DNA of 62,981 nucleotides, the filler included, from Reticulomyxa filosa (lineage: Eukaryota > Protista > Foraminifera): assembly GCA_000512085.1 (NCBI GenBank). It is 21 parts of 21 records of this genome, joined end to end, with 100 filler letters (N's around TTAATTAATTAA, not from the genome) between each part and the next. Parts side by side here need not be neighbours in the genome. Positions count along the whole stretch, not along the records: positions 13,368 to 15,495 come from ASPP01026419.1; positions 15,596 to 17,883 come from ASPP01003685.1; positions 17,984 to 22,143 come from ASPP01023850.1; positions 22,244 to 25,540 come from ASPP01000526.1; 17 more parts are not named here. The stretch is one strand, 5' to 3'. The position numbers were made by a program, and so were the translations under genes. Position 1 is the stretch's first letter. Each line of letters starts with the position of its first letter. A model generated the notes under the pieces. The model searched no databases, was not told the DNA's origin, and saw only the letters and a program-made list of their open reading frames with translations. Below are positions 13,268 through 25,640 of this stretch, piece after piece.

Positions 13268-14924
13268 NNNNNNNNNNNNNNNNNNNNNNNNNNNNNNNNN
13301 NNNNNNNNNNNTTAATTAATTAANNNNNNNNNNNNNNNNNNNNNNNNNNNNNNNNNNNNNNNNNNNNACCCACAATGTAAAAAAAATAAACCACAATCAT
13401 ATTTGATTATGGAATATTCTCGTTTGCCATTTTTTGCAAAAAATAGCTGATATATTCTATGATTGAATCTGATCATGTGTATGAAGAGATTTTTTTTACA
13501 TTAAACGAGAAAAACCGAAAAGTAATAAATAATAACAACAATCATTTTTCACTTCCACTCCAATTCAAAATTTCAAAATTCATCCTTTAACCTTTGCAAA
13601 TCACGCTGTCGTAAACAGCAAGGTAATTGTACATTTTCTACTTGTATAACATAACGGTCAATTCCTAAAAAAAGTTGTTTTCAAATGATAGAATATTTTA
13701 CGACCACATTATCAAGATTACCAATTTCATAGCCTTATATTTATCAAATTTGAAAAAAAACAGTCCTTTTTCACTTCTGCCTGTTTGTACGATGACACTA
13801 TTTCGGTTGTTACAGCAATGATATCCAATTTATAATTAATGCGTGATGAAAATGTGATAAAATTTTTGGAAGAAAAAATGACTAATTATAATCAATTTTA
13901 CAGACAATTACCAATGAAATGTATGTCATTATTATAAGAAATTGAAAGCAAGAACGATTTGTAAAAGATACAGTATGTATTATTATTTCATATGTACAAC
14001 ATCTTTTTGTTTGGTATACAGCAAACAACAAAATATTATGCAACTTTTCTCTCGTAACACGTTTCAACAAGAAAGAATGAAGCAAAAGTGGCCAGGAAGC
14101 ACAATTAGCTTTTAGAGCTTTTCAATCTGGTACAAATCAGTACTTGCGTAAAAGAATTTAAAGACAAGTAAGAACATGATAAGAAAAAAGAAAAATTTGA
14201 AACTAGATCCTTTTTTTAAGCGCTTTCTTAGTGAATTTGGAACAAAATTTCACAGTAAAAGAATGAATTTTCATTGGTTTAATCGTGTACCGGCAAATTG
14301 CATATCAACTTTTTTTGATAAAAAATGAAAATAAATATTATGACAAGAATGTGGATCATTTTTAATTTTTTTTGAACATATTTTTTAAAATAACCTTTCT
14401 TCAAATAAATAAAAAGTATTTTTTGATTAAATAATGACATTATAATTCAGTTATTAAATTATCGATCGATTTTATCAAATCAAACAAGTATCAAATAATA
14501 AATTGAAAAACGTGTTACAAGGGGGAGCGCAGTTCAATTTTTTTTTACTTTGTGAATTTTGTCTTTTAAAGCAAACAGGATACAATTAATTCAGCAAAAA
14601 GAGAACTCACACGTCATTGCATAGTCTATCAAAATAACATATGATCAATAAAAAATTACTGTTATTTTTTATCTTTTTGGTGTCAAATAAATGTGTAATA
14701 ACATAAATTGCTTAACCAAAATAGAATTATTTCTTGATAATCAAATACTAATTTGAAAACTGCAATGTGTAATAGACGGAATTGTTTTGACCCCAAATAA
14801 AAAACCTATGGCAAAGAACGATAATGCTTTGGATAGCAAAACTTGGGAATCAATCGGGTAACTGGCAAATCAAGGCCATGAAGCCAATCCAATAGGCAAA
14901 GTAAGTGATAATGGAAAATGCAAC

Positions 14925-15495
14925 ATGGCAACAGAAAAGATGAAAAGTGCAGAAGTGAAAGCAGAGAGCAAAGGGACGACAGAAGCATCTGTACAAACGT
15001 CCACAACAACAACAGCAACAAAGACAGAAGGAAATAAAGCATCTGTGATTCAACGCTTGTGTGATTGGCAAAGAGAGAACGCACGATTGAGAGCGAAGCT
15101 GAAGCAAAGCCCAAAAAGAGTGTATGCAGCATGAGAGCGTGAAGAAGGAGTTGCAGACGTTGAAGGATACGCTGCACTTGCAGAGTGTGGACTGCAGCGT
15201 GACAAAGAGAAGCAAAAAGCTGGAGCAGTATGAAGCGCAAGTGAAGCACTCGAAGGACACTATTCAAGAGCTGAGGAGCCAGCTGCAGCAAATAAACCAA
15301 GAAAATGACTTTCAATCCAAACACGTGACGAGTCTGCAGAAGCTGGCCAATCGCCATAACGAATGCACCATCTACTACAAATCCCGCTTATGGCGAAATC
15401 AAAGCCAAATTGGAAGCATTGGAGCAATCGCCATACTGTCAATACCAATGATAATATCAATGTTAATGCTACACTCGCATCGGCCGTCCTACTCA
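14925..15495 (+). CDS. Coiled-coil protein, partial (1-nt frameshift near 15106)
   Basis: ORFs 14925 and 15124 join as ...KLKQAQKECMQHESVKKELQTLK if one A is removed. E/K/Q-rich heptads. Confidence 0.55.
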
Positions 15496-18156
15496 NNNNN
15501 NNNNNNNNNNNNNNNNNNNNNNNNNNNNNNNNNNNNNNNTTAATTAATTAANNNNNNNNNNNNNNNNNNNNNNNNNNNNNNNNNNNNNNNNNNNNGAATG
15601 AACGCGATGAATCTGCCTTGCAATGCCATCAAAGATGTATGCGGCAAAGAATCATTTGTTGCGGGCTAGGTTTCGAGAACCCATTTACCATGGACAACAA
15701 CTGATCGTTATATCTGCGCCAGTCGAGCCTCACTTCAGCACGTCACCCAAGCGCCTTCCTATGCAACTACATACCGAATCATTTTCTCAGCCTCCAATGC
15801 AATCTTCGTGCTATTTTCCAACATCGGATCCAACTTTTCTCTCAATCTCCATTCTGTTGTGATACCGACTGTGGACAGAGTTATCCATCGTGCTCGAACC
15901 AACAAGTTTATTCAAATATCAGTTTGATAGAATGTGCCTGCATCGATCAAAGCAAACTGCATTGTTCACGAATTTTTTCAATAATATCGTGGAAAATGTG
16001 TTATCTATTGCCATGAGAGGCAGAACAATTTTTGGTTTTTGTTTTTTGGTTTGCAGTTATTGCTACTCTTGCGCTAACTCGATCAGTCCAACGTGCAAGA
16101 TTTAGCACAACCTGAAATTTAGTAGGTTTTTCCTGGATTCGCTGAGACAGTCACTTCTACGCTTGCACAAATTCGTTCGATCACGTCCCGGCAATCACTC
16201 ACCCTTCATATCCCCCTGACACGAGTCCCAGATTTGAGCCAATGCAAGATCAAACGGTAACTATCTCGGTATTCTCAACAACACATCATACAATGTCTTT
16301 CTACGCCTTTGTACTATAGTTGCGAAGACTGTGCATATTGCCAGCTGTCAACGTGTCGTGGTGATTATGGCTGTTAAAAAGTCATCTTGGAGTGTGCCAA
16401 TCCGTTGTGTTTTTCCGATTATTTGGGTTATCTTGCCTGCGGATTAATTGTGTTAACAATGAAGAACAAGAATGAACCTGTCGCACAAATGGATATACAT
16501 ATTGAATGCGATAACACAGCAACAAAGATAAACCAATTACGAATTGAAGTGTATATTATCTAGATACAGTCCGAACTCAAGGTACAGAATTGATCAACAG
16601 TGATTATAGTGCGCATATCCGTTATCAGCTGTGAGTAGCGCAGAATTATTGAAGATGAATTGCGTCTGCAGATGGCGACAAGTTCTCAAGCGTGAATAAA
16701 GATGAAGATCTTTATTATCAATGCATATGCGTGCGAGTATTTTGTGCAACAAGGATCGTCACATTACGTTTTGCAGTGTTAATCGGGGCAGTTTCGGAGC
16801 GTGGGTTATTCTTCGTTGATACCTGTATCGAATGCAATGAAGGGAGTGAATTCAGCCTGTGGACATAACGAAGGACGTGACAACACATGATCGATATGTG
16901 GAAATGTTATTAGTATGACCGTACTCGGATGGAGGAGACAAATATATTCATCCAATTATTTGATAGCAAACACAGAACGATGCAATGAGTGAATACCACA
17001 GTCAAGCGAATGTCGTGTGGCGAGTGGGCTTGAATATTATGTACAACAAATTTTTAATTTGTTGTCATTCTTTCGCGTGTTAAATTACATCGTCGAAGAA
17101 TGCAATCTCTTGTTTCAATTCGAAGTCAAGTCGTGGTTCATATTCTTGTAAAACATAGGTATCGATTTGATTCGGGGTATTAAAAGTGTTTGAAATGGAT
17201 TGTCGAAAAGAAGTGCGCAACGCAAGGATTTGATGCTTGTAATTCACCATTTTCGCTGCGTGCGTTTAATTCAATTGCCTCCACTTTTTTATCGACGCCA
17301 ACTATTGTGACAAATGTATCGAGATTATATGGACAATGGTTGACTATACTTCTGGACTCACTTCCAATTTGATGAAAAGTCATACAAAAACGCGCAAATA
17401 TTTGGCTTTATCTATTCTCGATCAAGCAAGCAATATCAAAGCAGCTCGAGCACGCATTACAGAAAAAGTCACACTCAATCAAAAGAACACAACCATCGAT
17501 ATTTGCAACCCGGGGTCTCAATAGTCGCATCTCCTGGATATAATCACATATTCAAACATCGTCTTCAAGATATCGTACTAAGATACGTGTGGATAGTCGT
17601 TATCATATCTGGAAGGCAATCAATTTCATTTCAAACAAATAATCCTCCCAGAGAACGACATCAATTCAAATTCCACATGGTCCAATATTGCTTTCGAATA
17701 GAAATGCGTACGCAATCTCACCTGGTACAAATATGGTGGAACGACAATGGGCCAATGGCTGTCATTTTCATGAGCGCCATGTAATGTACACAACCAAGTC
17801 ATTCGAGCCAGTGGTGAGCTGCACACTATGACAAAGCAGCCCACAACATTGAATATTGACTATTTTGTCTATCAGCGCAATGGNNNNNNNNNNNNNNNNN
17901 NNNNNNNNNNNNNNNNNNNNNNNNNNNTTAATTAATTAANNNNNNNNNNNNNNNNNNNNNNNNNNNNNNNNNNNNNNNNNNNNCACACACACACACGTAT
18001 AAATACTTTTTTTTTTTCCTCCCCTTTCTTGGAAACGTTAAACAATTTGTTATGTCCCCCCCCCCCCTCCCCCCCTTTTTTTTTTTTTTTGCAAACATTA
18101 AATCGCTTAAGTCCTCATACGTATCCACACAAACAAACAAAAAAAAAAAATGCTAG

Positions 18157-19754
18157 ACAATGTCGAATATAGTCGCTCCTTGCAGTGAAGTGCCCGACAA
18201 TTTTCGTCAATTCTTAGTGCCAGAAGAGACAAAAACAAATGACACAGAAAAAGATGCGGACAAGAATGTAAAAACATCGAAATCAGACGCGAATCTGTCC
18301 TCTAATCCGCTTTCTGTTTCTGTAAAGACCCATTTGTTCCAACAACTAAACAACAGTCAAAAAAAAGCTGTCAAATCTGCATTACAACAGTTTTGGATAT
18401 TGTGACATAATTTGTTTAATTAAAGAAAAAAAAAATCTTTTGTACAAAATGTAATGTTATTATACAACGATAAACATAATCAGGAACCTGACATTAATTC
18501 AGGGACCACCTGGCACCGGGAAAACACAAGTTGCATCCGCGATTGTCGAACAGTTTCGAATTCTCAATGAAAATACAAAAATCTTGGTGAGTGGTTTTTC
18601 AAACATTGCAGCGGATGTGTTATGTAAGAGACTGATAGAACACCAAATGGATTGTTTGCGATTGGGTGTAGGTTCGATTTTGGACGAGCAAAAGTACCGC
18701 GGGGTGTTGCTACGCCATTACGGAAAAAAAGAATGGGCCAAAGTGGTAGAGCAGTCGGCAATAATTTCTTGCACCTGCGTAGGCGCAGCAAATGTGGTGT
18801 TGAAAAAGAAAAAGTTTGATTTGATTATCATCGATGAGAGCAGTCAGTGTACTGAAATGGCGCTGTTAACACCTTTACGAAAGTTAAAGCCAACTGGGTC
18901 ACTTGTTCTCATTGGTGATCACAAACAGTTACCGCCGACGATCAAGTCTGTTTATGCTAAAAAAGTTATGATGTACTTACTATTATAAGTATATAAATAC
19001 AATATATATATATATATATGTGTCGTATACATTGTGTATGCGTTGTTTTTAGCGTGGACTTGACACATCATTGTTTGAGCGCTTGATCAACAACGGCAGA
19101 CCTGTGGAGTTTTTGGATACACAATATCGTATGCATCACGCGCTAACCGAATTCTCTTCGATGGAATTCTACAATGGACAACTGAAGACGGCAGAGGATT
19201 TGAAACGACATGTTCCGAAAGGTTTCCCATGGCCTGTCAGAGATTACCCACTTTGCTTTGTTCACGTGGATGGATTTCATGAAGCGCGAGATATGTGGAT
19301 GAGCACGGAAAACGATAAAGAGGCGCATTTAATTGTGAAAATTGCATCCACTTTGTTGCAGCAAAACTGGAGACATGGTCGCATTACCATTATCACACCG
19401 TATCGAGCTCAGCGGGAAAACATTGAAGAAAAATTAAATGATTTGTACGGGAGAGCATACAAACAATGGTTCGAGGTTTGCACTGTGGACGGATTTCAGG
19501 GAAATGAAAGTGAAGTTATCATTTTCAGTGCGGTCAGAGCCAACGAGATGAATGATGTGGGGTTTTTAAGAGAAAGAGCTCGTGTCAATGTCATGCTGAC
19601 AAGACCTAGGTCAGGGTTAATTGTTGTTGGCAATATACACACCTTGTCCAAGGAAATGCTGTGGAATAAATGGCTCGAACATGTTGTCATTAAAAACAAA
19701 TCTTTTCTCGACAGCCGTATTTTAGAACAAAATGATCTATCTTCCAATCGTTGA
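18157..19754 (+). CDS. UPF1/DNA2/NAM7-family SF1B helicase (exons 18157-18389, 18484-18964, 19053-19754; probably 5' partial)
   Basis: LNNSQKKAV, LIQGPPGTGKT, SNIAAD, IIDESSQ, GDHKQLPP, SLFERL, QYRMH, IITPYRAQ, TVDGFQG, RVNVMLTR. Both introns restore the frame. Confidence 0.93.
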
Positions 19755-20513
19755 GGATGCTTTGTTGCTTTTTTATTTGTTTTTTTTGTGAATTGGTGTC
19801 ATATGGTAGAGGTTTTTTTCCCTCGTAAGTTAAAACTGGTTGACAACGATCTTCAATTAGATGAATTCTAATAATCTGAAATAATTTCAAACATTAATTT
19901 TCGAAATCCATAAGTTTCTATTTAAAAAATGCTTTTATCAAAAAATTTGTTTATGTGAACAAGTTTATAAAAATTGGATTACATTTTTGAAAGTTCGTTT
20001 TTGTAAGTAAAGAAAAACTCAAACAAGGGACCGTTTTGTTGACTTCTTTTTTTGTTAAACTGTTACTTGTTTTTGTTACAATAAGTTGTATTGACAAGGA
20101 CAAGCCCGTATCCTTGGTCATGAGAGGTTTTTAAATAGTTTTTTGTTGAGGAAACGCGTGTGCAATTGAGGTAACGTGTTATTTTCGTTAAATTGTTTTT
20201 TTTTTCTTTGATGAGTCTACTTTCCCTTACGACTGAGTCAAAGTGATAGATAATTCTTTCTGACTTCATTTGAAAGAGATTTTTTTAATAATTTCTTTTT
20301 CACGAAATTGCAAAATCAATAATAAAAACAAATAGACTTACCCTGTTTCGAACAAGATATAATTTTTCACAATAAATATCTATGAAAGTTTTCAATTGCT
20401 TTTGCGGTTTTATGAAATAACAGTTCAAGTTATACTCATAATTAAAAAGAAATTAGATCATGTAATTTAAAAAAAATTTTTAATATTAAAGTTGATGTAT
20501 TGTTTGTTAAGAT

Positions 20514-21563
20514 GAATGGAAATAAAACAAGAATTAAGATAAATCCTGTTGACAACCTTTTGCTGTCGCATCAAACGACAAAAAAAAGGAAAGGAAACAC
20601 AATAGGAAGTGTCAGTGGGACTAATGCACTCGTACAGGAGAGAAAGAAGCTAATTAAAAAATCGAATTGTGAGAAGAAGACGAATGAAAGACTTTTAACT
20701 AGTCAGGAAAAAAGAATTTTGACTAGTCACAAAAAAAAGTTTTAAACAAGCACCAACAAACAAAAAGCTATTTTCCCACGAAGGGATCACGATATTTTTC
20801 TAGAAAAAAGCGTCCATTTGGCAAGAGCGGAGAAAGAAAACCCACAAAAACAGCAGACGCATCCAAAACCAAGCCAAAGCGAATTAGCAATATTCATGGC
20901 TTTTTAAATGATAAAAATATTCCTCTTTTGCTGAAGAAAATAGCATATAATCGGCTAGAATTATTTATAATATTCGCACGCTTCAAAGCACTTTGTGCAA
21001 TGAGTGAATCACCAGAGGGAATAGATCGTAAAACCTTAAAACAAGGAATTGTGCGATTGTCTGTTGAAGATGAACTCTTTGTTAATAGAATTTACGATTT
21101 AATAGATGGAGATTCATCAAATAGTATAGAATGGAACGAGTTTTTACCTGTTATGGACGCGTTAGAAAAAGGAAATGAATTAACGCAACTTCAATATATT
21201 TTCCGAATTTATGACTTAGATAATGACGGACGAATTAGCAAAGAGGACTTATTCAAAATGTTTTCGTCTTCCACCATGCTAAAAATTGATGATACAATGA
21301 AAGAATTAATCAATATCTTCGTTGATAGAATATTTTATACTATTTTGTCTATTTCTCAATCTTGTCGCAGCGATAATGACAAGAATACGTTTGCAGATTT
21401 TTCAGAGGGTTCGTCATCATTTTCTGTCAAAAAAAGCAGTGACTATTTAACACGAGAAGATATTATTAAATATTTGGAAAGCGACAAACGTCGCAAAGAA
21501 GATGTATGGGAATTGTTTGGGAGATCCATGCTTCGTGATTTTGCTAATCCAACACAATACTAA
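20514..21563 (+). CDS. EF-hand calcium sensor, NCS/calcineurin-B-like, with a basic N-terminal extension (frameshift at the A-run 20731-20738)
   Basis: EF loops DGDSSNSIEWNE and DLDNDGRISKED, plus QLQYIFRIYD. The second frame stays open back to the A-run. Confidence 0.8.
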
Positions 21564-23500
21564 TGATGCAACAACCAAAACAATTTTTTTTTTATCTCAC
21601 CACATAACCAAAGGAATGTGGTATCATAAGTATTCATCAGTTATTACAAATCTCTTTTAAAAATTACATTATGATCAGCTGTTTCTTCGATTTTCATTTC
21701 TTAAATTTTTTAAACAATTAATTTATTTCTATTTTTCAAGAACTTAACATTTTAAATTTTATTTAAAGATGGAAGGCTAATATGACCACTAAGCCTCCAA
21801 ACCAAGTTAGACATCATCCAATAAGGATATAGCGCGCTTTAAAAAAAAGGCACTTGTCAAACCACAGCATCACACACCACTTATGTTTACAATTTTTCAA
21901 ATAAATATTTTAAATGATCAAGAAAAAAATCAATATAAATACGAACAAAAGTGCAAGGCGCTTCGTCTTTGTGATTGCTACAATTTGTATAAGTATATGA
22001 AGTCAATACTTCTCTTCATTATGATGTGAGACGTCAGCCAGAAAAGAGTTCGCACTAAATGTAATACGAAAGGGCTTTTTTGCTCAAAGAGCCTGATTTT
22101 CAACAAACAAGTAAATTAAAACAAATTAAAGAGAAATGATACGNNNNNNNNNNNNNNNNNNNNNNNNNNNNNNNNNNNNNNNNNNNNTTAATTAATTAAN
22201 NNNNNNNNNNNNNNNNNNNNNNNNNNNNNNNNNNNNNNNNNNNATATTTTGTCATTTATCATTCAAGAAAAATCAGGATCAGAAAGATTTATTCATTTCA
22301 ATAATATACAGTTCTTCAATAAATAATTCAAGCTCAAATTTTACAAGTTTTTTTTGTATTTATTAAAAAAATTGTATTCAAATTCCTATTTGCATTAGAA
22401 TACATTGGCTTTTATTATAGTCGATGATAATTTTTTTACAATCTATTTTTCATTAAAAAGAGCATAATTCTGAGATAATAGTATTTCTTTTTAAAAGATC
22501 AACTTTTTTCATATCATCCCCCTTTTGAAAATTGAACAACTTGAATATTTTGTATTATTTTAGTTTTTCAATTTAACAAACAATAACTTAAAAACTATTT
22601 TTTTATTTATGAAACGTTCCAATATTCTCTTTCAATTATTTCAAAACACAAATTAATGGAACAAAAAAACTTCACTCCAATTCAGAAATTACAGAAACTC
22701 TATTTTCTACTCCACTTTTGTATTTTCTAACAAAAATGATAAAAAAGTAAAGTGAAATATATTCTTCTTGAACAACAATTTATAATATTATATATTTTCA
22801 ATTCGTATCACATATACACTGGATCAAGCTGATAAATTTGTGACAATTTGATTAGACTAATGTAATAAAAAAGATAAAACAAATAATATCAATCATTCAC
22901 ATATTATTTGTTTTTTTTTCATCTAACAATCATCTGATATGCAAAATATCAATTAAATGTCTTACATATAGTACTCATGATGTCGTAATAAGTAATTCTC
23001 GCACTACAAGTGAACTTTGGAACCCTTTATTCTAACAACACACTACTCACTTTCACGACTTGTCTTTCCTCTTTCATTTGTTGAATCTTGTTGTTTATTT
23101 TCTCTTTTATTTAAATCATTAATCTTTTGTTTTAAATTGCTCAAAAGAACGAAAACCTTTCGTATTACAGTTTGCGCACCTCTTTCAGCACATACACAAG
23201 TATAGTGGCCAAGAATGAGTAAATTCAACAAAATTTTCTTGCTGACTATTTTTAAAAAACTATATACAACAAAAGATCTTTAAAGATATTTATACTTCAA
23301 TCAATTGTTTGTAAAAATGTATATAATAAACAAAACGAATAAAAATGCTCTATGACTGCAGATAACAAATATTATTGCAAAAATTGAATTTAACTGGAAT
23401 CAATTTATTAATTATTTTAAAGATTAAATAATTAAGTTTTTTATTTTGCATGTTGTGTTAGATTACAACATTACATGGTTCTCATGTCCATATTATAAGA

Positions 23501-23604
23501 AAAGGAGAGTACGATAAAACAATGGAATATCATGAAAATTATTTAAAATTAGATTGGATAAATTGGAATCTAATCACTTTGATGTCACTCGTTTATACAA
23601 CAAG
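23501..23604 (+). pseudogene. Degenerate TPR repeat fragment (kinesin-light-chain type)
   Basis: KGEYDKTMEYHENYLK/(frameshift)IRLDKLESNHFDVTRLYN resembles the GxYDKAxEYYEKxLxI...HxDVAxxYN TPR pattern. Confidence 0.55.
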
Positions 23605-24288
23605 ATTTATGTATCTTTAAAAAAATTCTTCTCCTATCAAATGAACATATTCTACATGCTTATGTTCATCAATTTGATTGAAAAGGTAGCAAATTAGTGT
23701 ATTTAGTTTTTGCTTACTGTAATAGAAGAGCATTTTGAAAATGTAAAATGCACAATAGTCTGTGATTACTTTAAAATCATTTATTATTCACTTTAGAATA
23801 ATCTCACCAAAGGCAATAATATATGGTATTCATTAGTTTTGAAAAAAAAATGAAAGCAAATTATGAGTAAGTATTGAGTTCTTTTTTTTTTTGAGACTAT
23901 CGAAATCAAAACATTTTTTTGTTAAAATATCATCCAATAGGTTTTTTCCTTTGTGAGCTCAAATAAATGACTTTCAGTTGGTCTGCTTTGTTTTTGGGAA
24001 AAGGATACAAAATACAAGGAATATCCAAATGTTATCTCGAGAATATATTTAATAAATAACCAAATTTCTTCTTTATAATATTAAGCAAACTCGCACTTAA
24101 AAAAAATTTGTCGACTATAATTACGCGTTGTGTAATACAACCAATATTGTAATCTTACATAGAAAAATCATAGCTTTAGTTTTCTTCGTCAAATCATGCA
24201 CTTTTTTTACTTTTAAAAAACTACTTTTTCCATATACTACCCCTTTAAAAAAATCTAAATTACATCATAGTTCATCAACATTAACAAC

Positions 24289-25523
24289 ATGAGCGACCAA
24301 ACCTTTCAAACTTTGAAGAATTTACCCAATCTACTTTATCAATCTCAATGTGTTCTACACAAACATGAAGTACTCATTTGTGGGGGTAAAGATAAAAAAA
24401 ATTGTTATTCTTATCATACACTCAAAAACGAATACAAGTTTATCTGTAGGTATCCAAGTCATCTCGAATTACGAGGACATTGTGTAGTGAAATTAGTAGA
24501 TAATAACAATAACAAAGATATCAATGAAATCACTTTATTGTCTTTTGGTGGATTAATTAAACATACGCTGGTGATGAAATATGTAAGTGTTTGGAGTAAT
24601 ATATCAAAAAAAATAAAAAAATTAAACAATTACAATCAATGGGTTCCTTTCACAGACAATCAAAATCAACCAATTATCATTGGAAGAGATGAATATCACA
24701 ATTATCAAGGAGTGCGTGCAGTGATTGGCGGAAGCAACAATCATTTGTTATTTATCACTTGTTATTCAAATAATATTAGTGTGTTCAATTTAAATACATT
24801 TCAATTTATTAAACACGATACTTTACCAACTGATGATGATATATTTTACCACTGCTTTGTATCAAATTTAGAAAATGAACAAGGACAAGAAATGACGAAA
24901 ACAAATAAAGGAGAAAATAAACAAAATTATCAAATGCTATTATTTTGTAAAAAGACAGGATTATCAATTAAATATGATGAAGATAACAACGCTTTTCAAT
25001 TTCATCAATTGCCTGTATGCAGTGATATTGCATCTTTCTTTTGTTATGCATATGTGTGTATCAATGATATCATTTTGTTTTTTGGTGGATGGAATAGTAA
25101 ATATGGTTTTGATTCTGTTATTTTAAAATCAGTACAAAAATATTCAATTCGAGACAACAAATGGACAGCATTCCAAAAAACTTTACCCAGCTCATTGTAT
25201 CATTCTGTTGCAATATTGAATGAAGATGACAATCATATACACATTATTGGAGGAAATGATGACGAAAATACAACAATATCAACTCACATGAAGACTAAAG
25301 TGCGTGCATGGGATCCTTCACAGTTGGTAATGATTTGTTTATTTATATTTATTTATTTTGATGAAATACAAATAAATTTGATTGTATGAAACTAATTTTA
25401 ATAAATAATGAATAGTCAAAAAATGAAATAGAATTTATTGTTCGACATTGGATTCGAACTTTACAAATAAAATTTGGATGGATCAATGATTTTAATAAAA
25501 TTATTATGAAGTACAGTAGATGA
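24289..25523 (+). CDS. Kelch-like beta-propeller protein (exons 24289-25326, 25416-25523)
   Basis: Repeated hydrophobic-GG motifs (LICGG, SFGG, VIGG, FFGGW, IIGG) with downstream Y/W. A phase-0 intron leads to the terminal exon SKNEIEFIVRHWIRTLQIKFGWINDFNKIIMKYSR*. Confidence 0.85.
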
Positions 25524-25640
25524 ACAATTAAAATTTCTGTNNNNNNNNNNNNNNNNNNNNNNNNNNNNNNNNNNNNNNNNNNNNTTAATTAATTAANNNN
25601 NNNNNNNNNNNNNNNNNNNNNNNNNNNNNNNNNNNNNNNN

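Noticed and set aside
14806-15357. 183-aa Leu-rich membrane-like ORF on the minus strand
   Set aside because: Antisense of a Q/E/K-rich coiled-coil gene, which yields Leu/Phe-rich text automatically.
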